The position numbers and the translations under genes are program-made. A stretch of DNA of 64,000 nucleotides from NCBI GenBank assembly GCA_963713975.1, contig OY970218.1:1408001-1472000 (forward strand). Reading direction: 5' to 3'. Below are positions 18,964 to 27,000 of the stretch, piece after piece. The notes beneath the pieces are model-generated. The model did no database searches. It had not been told where the DNA came from and was given only the letters and a program-made list of their open reading frames with translations. Within the stretch, counting starts at the first letter, position 1. The number at the start of each line of letters is the position of its first letter. Source of the DNA: an uncultured Chloroflexia bacterium. GTDB taxonomy: Bacteria; Chloroflexota; Limnocylindria; Limnocylindrales; CSP1-4.

Positions 18964-19087
18964 GGACGAACACTAGACGGGTTCGGATTCAAGCACGGCG
19001 GGCGGAACGGTTAAGAAACGGACATCTCGCGTCCAGTACCTCCGTCCGGGAGAGCCACACAGGGGGCCCGTGGCACAATCGCCCGCG

Positions 19088-20467
19088 ATGACCGCTCACA
19101 ACCGCCGCACGGGTGGCCTGGTCGCGCTGGTCGCGGCCCTGGTCGTGGCCTCCTGCGGTTCCTCCACCCCCACCCCCCCCGTTTCAACGGCCAGCCCCGA
19201 CCAGGCTGCAACGGCCGTTCCCACGGCCTCGCCCGACCCCGCGACGTCGGCCGCTCCAAGCCAGGTACCCGGGTCGCCCGCGACCGCCGTCTGCGATGAC
19301 ACCGTCGAGGGCGGCCCGGCCGCCACGTCCGATGCCAGTGACCCCAACGCCCAGATCTACACGGCCATCGAGGGCCAGGTCGAGCAGCTCCGCGGTATCT
19401 CCGCGACCGTGCCGGTGGCGCGTGGCGTGTTCGACGTCCCGAGCCTGTGCGTCTACCTGCGCACGGGCTTCCGCGAGGACAACCCGGAGTCGCTCGTGCA
19501 GGGCACCGAGACGCTGTACAAGGAGCTCGGCCTCATGCCGCGCGACGTCTCGCTGGAGGCGCTCTGGCTGGAGATGCTCACCAGCCAGGTTGCCGGCCTG
19601 TACGACGACAAGACCAAGCAGATGTACGTGGTGTCCAAGAGCGGCGACATCGGCCCGGTCGAGGAGATCACCTACGCCCACGAGTTCACCCATGCGCTCC
19701 AGGACCAGCGGTTCGACCTGCGGTCGGTGGTGGGCGAGGACCTGGACCAGAGTGATCGGACGATGGCGCGCGCGGCCCTGATCGAGGGCGATGCCACCCT
19801 GCTGATGAGCCTGTGGGCCCAGAACAACCTCAGCGCGGCCCAGCTGGGCGAGGTGGCCGGTGCGTCCGACCCGGCGTCCGAGGCGATCCTCGCGAAGATG
19901 CCGGCCATCCTCAAGGATCCGCTGCTGTTCCCGTACACGAGCGGCCTGCAGCTGGTCCTCGGGCCGTACGTGGAGGGCGGGTTCGCCGCCGTGGACGGGC
20001 TGTTCGCGAACCTGCCCGATTCCACGGAGCAGGTCCTTCATCCCGACAAGCTCGCGGCCCGCGAGGCGCCAGTCACGGTGTCGTTCCCGGACGATCTCGC
20101 CGCACGATTGGGTGACGGCTGGAAAGTCTCGCTCCAGGACACGTTTGGCGAGATGCTCCTCGAGATCGTGCTCCGCGAGGGTGGGGCCACCGCGACCAAC
20201 GACGCGGCGGCCGGGTGGGGTGGCGATCGCGTTGCCCTCCTCGAGGGCCCGGCCGGCGAGGTCGCGGTCGTGCTCGACACCGCCTGGGACACCGCCGCTG
20301 ACGCCGACGAGTTCGCGGCCGCGCTGGCGCCGACGATTGCCAAGCTCACCGCCGAGGGCCGTTCCCCGACGATCCTCCGACCGGGTGACGACCGCGTGGT
20401 CCTCATCTCGGCCGAGTCGGCCGGCACGATGGGCCGGGTTGCGAACGTGCTCGGCCTCGCCGGGTAG
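19088..20467 (+). CDS. Lipoprotein, putative zinc metallopeptidase (HExxH)
   Basis: Lipobox VASC, S/T/P linker, AHEFTHALQDQ, ALIEGDA and STEQVLHP. Confidence 0.85.
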   Translation: MTAHNRRTGGLVALVAALVVASCGSSTPTPPVSTASPDQAATAVPTASPDPATSAAPSQVPGSPATAVCDDTVEGGPAATSDASDPNAQIYTAIEGQVEQLRGISATVPVARGVFDVPSLCVYLRTGFREDNPESLVQGTETLYKELGLMPRDVSLEALWLEMLTSQVAGLYDDKTKQMYVVSKSGDIGPVEEITYAHEFTHALQDQRFDLRSVVGEDLDQSDRTMARAALIEGDATLLMSLWAQNNLSAAQLGEVAGASDPASEAILAKMPAILKDPLLFPYTSGLQLVLGPYVEGGFAAVDGLFANLPDSTEQVLHPDKLAAREAPVTVSFPDDLAARLGDGWKVSLQDTFGEMLLEIVLREGGATATNDAAAGWGGDRVALLEGPAGEVAVVLDTAWDTAADADEFAAALAPTIAKLTAEGRSPTILRPGDDRVVLISAESAGTMGRVANVLGLAG

Positions 20468-20510
20468 CGTTCCCCGGGGGCGGCGGCCGCCGACGGGCCG
20501 TCAGGAACCG

Positions 20511-22214
20511 CTACATCGAGTCGGGCGCGGAGACCCCGAGCAGGCCGAGTGCGTTCGCGAGCGTCGTCCGGGTCGCCGTGGCGAGCGCGAGCCGCTTCGC
20601 CGACCGTTCCGGGTGCTCCGGGTCTACGACGCGGGCGTCCCGGTAGAAGGCATGGAACTGGGTCGCGAGCTCGGTCGCGTACGCCGTGATGCCCTGCGTC
20701 TCCTCGGCGAGGACGGCATCCTCGACCACCTCCGGGAGGCGCGAGACCACACGGGCCAGGGCCGCCTCCGGCGCGCCGGCGAGCAGGCCGTTGACGCCTG
20801 TTGAAGGAGCGATCCCCGCCTCGGCGGCCTTGCGCAGGATGGACGCGATCCGGGCGTGGGCGTACTGCACGTAGTAGACAGGGTTCTCCGACGACTGCTT
20901 CCTCGCCAGCTCGATGTCGAAGTCGATCTCGACGTGGGCGGCACGCGAGGCGAAGTACCAGCGGGCCGCATCCGTGCCCACCGCATCGAGCAGGTCGTCC
21001 AGCGTGACGAAGGTCCCGGCCCGCTTCGACATCGACACCTCGACACCGTCCGCGACGAACCGCACCCAGCCGATCAGCAGGACCTGGAAGTGCTCGCGGT
21101 CGTAGCCCATCGCCTCGGCGGCGTTGCGGTTGCGGGCCACCGTCCCGTGGTGGTCCACACCCCAGATGTAGATGAGGTGGTCGAAGCCGCGGCTGAATTT
21201 CTCGGTCACGTACCCGATGTCGGCCGCGAAGTAGGTGGGCCGCCCGTCCGAGCGGTAGATCACGCGGTCCTTGTCGTCGCCGAACGTCGTGGAGCGGAAC
21301 CACAGGGCGCCGTCCTGCTCGTAGACGTGCCCGGCCGCCCGCAGGCGGTCCACCGCACGGGCCACCCAGCCCTCGTCGTGCAGCGAGCCCTCGGTCTTCC
21401 AGACGTCGAAGTGGACGCCGAGCCGCTCGAGGCTGCCCTCGATCATCCCGCGGACCCGTCTGGCGGCCCATCCTCCGACCACGACCCCGGCGTCGGCGCC
21501 GTCCACCGTGGCCGCCACCCAGACGTCATCGGGCAGTTCCCGCGCGAGCGTCTCCACGTAGGCCCCCCGGTAACCGTCCTCGGGAACGGGCTCACCGCGC
21601 TTGACGGCTACGACCGACGCCCCCAGGTGGTCGATCTGCGTCCCGGCGTCGTTGAAGTAGTACTCGCGGGTCACGGTCTGGCCGCCGGCCTCGAGGACCC
21701 GGCACAGCAGGTCGCCCACGAACGCCCCGCGCGCGTTGCCCACGGTGAGCGGTCCCGTGGGGTTCGCCGACACGAACTCGACGTTCACCCGCCGCGGGTT
21801 GACCGCGGGGATCCGGCCCCATGCCGCCGGCGCCGCCAGGATCCCGTCGACCAGGCCCTCGTAGGCCGCGTCCAGGATGCGCACGTTGACGAACCCGGGC
21901 CGGGCCACGTCGGCCGAGGCGATGAGTCCCTCCCCGGCATGGCCGCGCAGGGACGCAGCCAGTGCCTCGGCGATGTCCAGCGGCGAGCGGCGGAGCGGGC
22001 GGGCCAGCTTCATCGCCAGGTTGGTTGCGAAGTCGCCGAAGGCCGGGTTCGCCGGGCGCTCGACCTCTACCGCCGGCACCGCGGTCGCGTCCTCGAGGGC
22101 GGGCAGGGACCCGGTCGTGACGGCGTCGGCCCAGGCGCGCTCCACGGCGGTGCGGACCCGGGCCCGGATTGCCGTGGGGGCGGCGGCAGCGGGATCGGCG
22201 GCGGGGTCGGACAC
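20511..22214 (-). CDS. argS: Arginine--tRNA ligase
   Basis: FGDFATNLAM, VEFVSANPTGPLTVGNARG, MSKRAG and YYVQYAHAR; AGGAG RBS. Confidence 0.97.
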   Translation of the reverse strand: MSDPAADPAAAAPTAIRARVRTAVERAWADAVTTGSLPALEDATAVPAVEVERPANPAFGDFATNLAMKLARPLRRSPLDIAEALAASLRGHAGEGLIASADVARPGFVNVRILDAAYEGLVDGILAAPAAWGRIPAVNPRRVNVEFVSANPTGPLTVGNARGAFVGDLLCRVLEAGGQTVTREYYFNDAGTQIDHLGASVVAVKRGEPVPEDGYRGAYVETLARELPDDVWVAATVDGADAGVVVGGWAARRVRGMIEGSLERLGVHFDVWKTEGSLHDEGWVARAVDRLRAAGHVYEQDGALWFRSTTFGDDKDRVIYRSDGRPTYFAADIGYVTEKFSRGFDHLIYIWGVDHHGTVARNRNAAEAMGYDREHFQVLLIGWVRFVADGVEVSMSKRAGTFVTLDDLLDAVGTDAARWYFASRAAHVEIDFDIELARKQSSENPVYYVQYAHARIASILRKAAEAGIAPSTGVNGLLAGAPEAALARVVSRLPEVVEDAVLAEETQGITAYATELATQFHAFYRDARVVDPEHPERSAKRLALATATRTTLANALGLLGVSAPDSM

Positions 22215-22481
22215 GTGGGATCTCCTGGGATGTCTGGGGAGCGGAGCCATCCTACCCGGCCCGGCCCTCTGCCCAGGGACGCGGAGACCGCGGTGCGCCG
22301 GGGCACCGGTAGTCGTCCCCGGCCCCGTCGCTGGTCCGGTCCCGACCAGTCTGGTGCGGTTGCCCCCAGTACTTCTTCCGGATGCGGGCCAGTACCGTCG
22401 GGGTGCCCTGCCGGCGGTACCGCCTGGGGACACACCGGGCCCGGTCGTCGGCCGGTCGGGGTGGGACCGCCGCCTGAGCTT

Positions 22482-22534
22482 GGGTCCCCGAGACCCGGAC
22501 GGGACGCACGCGCCTGAGTGCGTCCCGTCCGCCA
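22482..22534. repeat. 53-bp direct repeat, copy 1 (double hairpin ending in GCCA)
   Basis: GGGTCCCCGAGACCCGGACGGGACGCACGCGCCTGAGTGCGTCCCGTCCGCCA, identical to 29124-29176. Confidence 0.95.
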
Positions 22535-22822
22535 ATTCCCGGCGGACCAGGGCCTCCGGCATGGTCGATGTCGTGCGCCGATGGCCCGCCGTCGGTCTCG
22601 CCGATGGTCACGGGACCCGACGGTGCCACGGGGCAACGGAAACGGGACCGGCGGTGTGGTTGGGGGTGGTCATGGCGGGTGCGTACCGATCAGTCCGTAC
22701 TGGACACAACCCGGACTCCCACCGCACGATTGTCCGTGTCGCACGGGCAGCGGCCGATGACCAGCTCGTCGGACGGGAATGATTCGCGGAGCATGCCGCA
22801 CTGGCAGGAATAGGGGACCAAC

Positions 22823-23551
22823 ATGAAGCTCACCAGGACGAATTGGACGGCCGGATGGCTCGCTGTGGTGGGCCTGCTCGGCGCAGCGCTGATCGCGCCG
22901 ACGGGCGCGCTCGCAACCGACCTGGGCGGTGCGGACCAGGGCACGAGCTGGGATGCCTCGGGCTACGACTGCCCATCCGATTCCTACGTGCCCCCCGCGG
23001 GCGAGGTGATGTGGCACTTCGTGCTGGGGGAGCCTGACCAGGACTCCGGGGACCTGATCGCCACGTTCGACTCCTTCGTGACGAATCCAATCGCCAACTA
23101 CTCGATCAACGGTTCCGATGGTGCCCTGCAGTGGTACGTCTTCAGCGGTCATGACACGTTGCTGTCTGCCGAGACGACCAATGTCGACGGCGCGAACCTC
23201 GTGCTGAGCAGCATCTGCTACGCCCTGCCCGACCCGACCGAAGCCCCCACTGAGGCTCCGACCGAGGCCCCGACGGCTGCCCCGACCGAGACTCCGACCG
23301 AGGCCCCGACGGCTGCCCCGACCGAGACTCCGACCGAGGCCCCGACGGCTGCCCCGACCGAGACTCCGGATGGCACGGCCGAGGCCGCCACCAGCACCCC
23401 AGGGGTCACGCCACCCAGCACGGACACCGGGTCCATCACGCCAACCTCGGGCCCGTCGGGCAGCGGGTTGCAGCTGCTCTTCCTTGCGATGGCCGGACTG
23501 CTCGCGTCGGTCCTTCTGCTGACGCCGGCAGGCGCGCCGCGCAAGCGCTAG
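22823..23551 (+). CDS. Secreted/surface protein with a PTEA-repeat stalk and C-terminal TM anchor
   Basis: Signal peptide (ALA cleavage), small Cys-bracketed domain, PT(E/A)(A/T) repeats and a TPPSTDT-TM-RKR tail. Confidence 0.9.
   Translation: MKLTRTNWTAGWLAVVGLLGAALIAPTGALATDLGGADQGTSWDASGYDCPSDSYVPPAGEVMWHFVLGEPDQDSGDLIATFDSFVTNPIANYSINGSDGALQWYVFSGHDTLLSAETTNVDGANLVLSSICYALPDPTEAPTEAPTEAPTAAPTETPTEAPTAAPTETPTEAPTAAPTETPDGTAEAATSTPGVTPPSTDTGSITPTSGPSGSGLQLLFLAMAGLLASVLLLTPAGAPRKR
23234..23368 (+). repeat. Intragenic tandem repeat (12-nt units, 36-nt higher-order period) encoding PTEA/PTAA/PTET
   Basis: CCGACCGAGGCCCCGACGGCTGCCCCGACCGAGACT occurs three times. Confidence 0.9.
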
Positions 23552-23611
23552 GTCGGGCATACCGGCGCCAGGGTCGCCCTTCCGGCGCCCAGGCGCCAAA
23601 CCAGAGGAACG

Positions 23612-23649
23612 AGTCGGCCGGGTGGGACACCAGTTCCCCCGGCCGACTG
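23612..23649 (+). terminator. Hairpin after the first surface-protein gene
   Basis: AGTCGGCCGGG...CCCGGCCGACT 11-bp stem with a weak T-tail. Confidence 0.45.
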
Positions 23650-24023
23650 CTTGTGTGCTGCCCAACGGCGCCGTCGTCGGCCAGGCGTCCGCACGACTCC
23701 CCGTGACGGTATCGACGTCGGATAGGCCGGTCGCACACCGGACCGACCCCCTGCCATGGGTCATGGGACCCGTGGTGCCGTCCGACACCACCAGCCCAGG
23801 GTTCGCCTGGGTGCTGGCGCAATCCGGTCCGGTCGGGTGCAGTCGTGATCAGTACCTATTCCGGATCGCCACCCGTACCGTCTGAGATCTCGCACGGTAT
23901 CCCCATGGCGGGGTCGTCGCGGGGAGAGCGCCCATATCGGGGTCAGGCTCGGTCGCTCTCGAGCCCGGAGTCATTGGCGGTATTGCCAGGCAAGCGTCCT
24001 ACCATCGGGGAGGTCGGAAGACC

Positions 24024-27000
24024 ATGAGATCTCGGGGATATCCCTCCACACTGCCGGCCGACGCCCGGAAGAGCCTTGCGTTCCTCTGGACGGCGGTTCT
24101 CCTGTGTTCACTGCTGTTGCAGTCTCTGGCCATCTCCGCGCCGGCGAAGTCGCTCGCGGCGGACGATCCGGCGTGTGGCCTGGTGCCGATCGACGTCGAG
24201 ATCATTCTCGACCAGTCGGGCTCCATGGCCCAGAACAGCAATGCCGGCCACACGCGCGCCTACTGGGCGCAGCAGGCCGCCAAGCAGCTGGTCGCGGACC
24301 TCGACGCCAATGGTGGCGTGGGCACGGGTCCGGCCACCTCGTCGGGTGCCAGGCACCGCGTGGGCCTGACGACCTTCCGCGGCACCATCGGCAGCCCGTC
24401 GGGCTACCCGGGCTACGCCGTAGTGTCGTCGCTGGCCTCCCAGAACGCGAGTGGGCTCGCGACCAGCATCGATGGCCTCTCGGCGAGCGGCAACACGCCG
24501 TTCAAGGCAGGGATGGCCGGCGGCGCCGCCGACATGAACGCGCACAAGCGGGGGACCGACTTCGGCCTCCCGGTCACCAACGTGATCGTGTTCATCTCGG
24601 ACGGTCGCCCGAACCCGGACGGCCCGAGCTCGGGCTGGGGCAACGGGACCTCGCAGCGGCCGACCCAGGCCAACGCCAACGCGTTCAAGGCCTCGGCGGA
24701 CCAGGTCTTCTCCATCGGCATCGGCTCGGGCGGCAGCGGTGCCAGCCAGGTCGACCTCGCCCTGATGCAGGCGCTTGCAAAGCCGAATGACGCCGCGCAC
24801 TACGCGAACATCGTCGACTCGAGCAAGCTGCCCAACCTGTTCAGGGACATCTTCAGCGAGATCGCCTGCAAGTCCTACCCGACCATCGAGACCGAGGTCC
24901 GGCAGGGCGGGGCCCCCGTGTCCCAGGTCAACAAGGGCGACTCCGTGGAGGATCACGCCGCGATCACCGGCGGCAGCGGGCCGGTTGACGGCTCGGTCGC
25001 CTTCTTCGTCTGCCGCGATGCCAGCACCAAGCCCGATTGCTCGAGCGGCGGCACGAAGGTCGGCGCGAGCGTGTCCTACGCCGGCGACGGTGTGTCCAGC
25101 GACCCCTTCACGCCCTCGCAACTCGGCTACTACTGCTTCCGGGCCGAGTTCAACGCGGCCGCCGGGTCCAACTACCTGGACACGTCGCACACCAACAAGT
25201 CCAGTGAGTGCTTCCAGGTCCTCCCGTCCGAGGTCGACCTGGTCAAGACCGCGGACGCCGCTTCCGTCAGCGCGGGTGAGCCGATCGGCTTCACGCTGAC
25301 CATCCGGAGCAAGGGTCCGGGCGCGGCCTACGGCGTCAAAGTGTCCGACGCCCTGCCGACCGACGCCGGCCTCGACTGGTCGCTCGATGCGGCCAACACG
25401 ACCGGCACCTGGTCCCTTGCGGGTGGCGTCCTGTCGTTCGGCGGCGCCGATGGCGTCACGATGACGCTGGGCACCGAGTACACGGCCCACGTCACGAGCC
25501 CCACGACCAAGGCGACCTGCGGCAAGGTCACCAACACCGGCGACGCGACCACCACGAATGACGGCACCGACACCGCGTCGGCCGACGTCACGGTGCTCTG
25601 CCCGGACATCAAGGTCAGCAAGTCGCCGAACGCCGGCGCGATCAACGCGGGTGACACCGCGACGTTCACCATCAAGGTCGAGAACATCGGGCCGGGCAAC
25701 GCCACAGGCGTGACCGTCACGGATAATCTGCCCGCCGGCCTCACCTGGGCCGAGAGCGAGGCCGACTGCTCGATCAGCGGCGCCGCCGGCTCGCAGGTGC
25801 TGACCTGCAACATCGGCAGCCTTGCGGCGGGTGCCGCGAGGACCTACACGGTCAGCGCCGTCACCTCCAAGGCCAACTGCGGCGTCATCGACAACACCGC
25901 CACCGCATCGGCCACCAACGAGCGCACGAGCGCCGAGGACAACAACACCGACAGCGGCGCCATCACCGTCCAGTGCGCCGAGATCGACGTCACCAAGGCG
26001 GCGGACGCCAAGTCCGTCAGCGCCGGGGACTCGATCGGCTTCACCGTCACCGTGAAGAATGCCGGCGACGGCATCGCCTATGACGTCACCGCCACCGACA
26101 ACCTCGCCCCGTCCTTCGCCTGGTCCATCGACCCGAGCGCAGGCTGGACCCTCAACGGCACCATCCTCTCCTTTGCGGCCGGCCAGATGGCCGCCGGCGC
26201 ATCGTCCAGCGTCCACGTGACCGCGCCGACGACCGCCGACAGCTGCGGCATCGTGGTCAACACGGCGACAGCGTCGGCTGCGAACGACGGCTCCGACCAG
26301 GCATCGGCGCAGACCGAGGTCATGTGCCCGGACGTGGTCGTCGTCAAGACGGCCGTCGCCTCCCCGGTCAATGCCGGTGACGGCATCGCCTTCGACATCG
26401 TCGCGGACAACGTGGGCGACGGCATCGCCCGGAACGTGACCCTCACCGATACGCTGCCGACGGGCATCGCCTGGAGCGAGGACAGCAACGCCTGCTCCAT
26501 CACCGATGGCGTCCTCTCCTGCGATTTCGGCGACCTGGCCAATGGCGCCAGCGCCAAGGTCCGCGTCAGCGGCACCACCACGCCGACGGTCTGCGGCATC
26601 GTGCCCAACACGGCGACGGTGGCCGCGACCAACGAGCCGGTCGGGCTCAAGGGCAACAACACCGACGGCGACAGCGTCACCGTCAACTGCCCGGACATCG
26701 AGGTCTCCAAGACCGCCGACGACAGCTCCATCAGCGCCGGTGACACCGCGGCCTTCACGATCGTGGTGAAGAACCTCGGCCCGGGTGCGGCGTCGGACGT
26801 CACCCTGGCCGACCCGCTGCCAGCCGGCGTCACCTGGACGACCAGCAGCGTGGGCTGCTCGGTGGACGACGGCACCCTCAACTGCGACCTCGGAACCCTC
26901 GCCGCGGGCGCCAGCGCGACGGTCCACGTCTCGGGCGTCACGTCCGCCGCGGTCTGCGGCACGCTGACCAACACCGCTGCCGCGTTCGCATCCAACGAGC

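Noticed and set aside
18967-18985. Third LexA box (CGAAC...GTTCG)
   Set aside because: The spacer is 9 nt rather than 4; kept only as a generic inverted repeat.
22215-22480. T-box leader for argS
   Set aside because: No T-box consensus seen. A TAGGAT -10 at 22249-22254 implies only a short leader.
22482-22534. c-di-GMP-I riboswitch (GGGACGCA resemblance)
   Set aside because: It lacks GCAAA/GNRA-receptor elements, and GGGACGCAC is locked in a perfect 13-bp stem.
23234-23368. CRISPR-like 36-nt periodicity
   Set aside because: Contiguous in-frame coding repeats (PTEA/PTAA/PTET) without unique spacers or cas genes.
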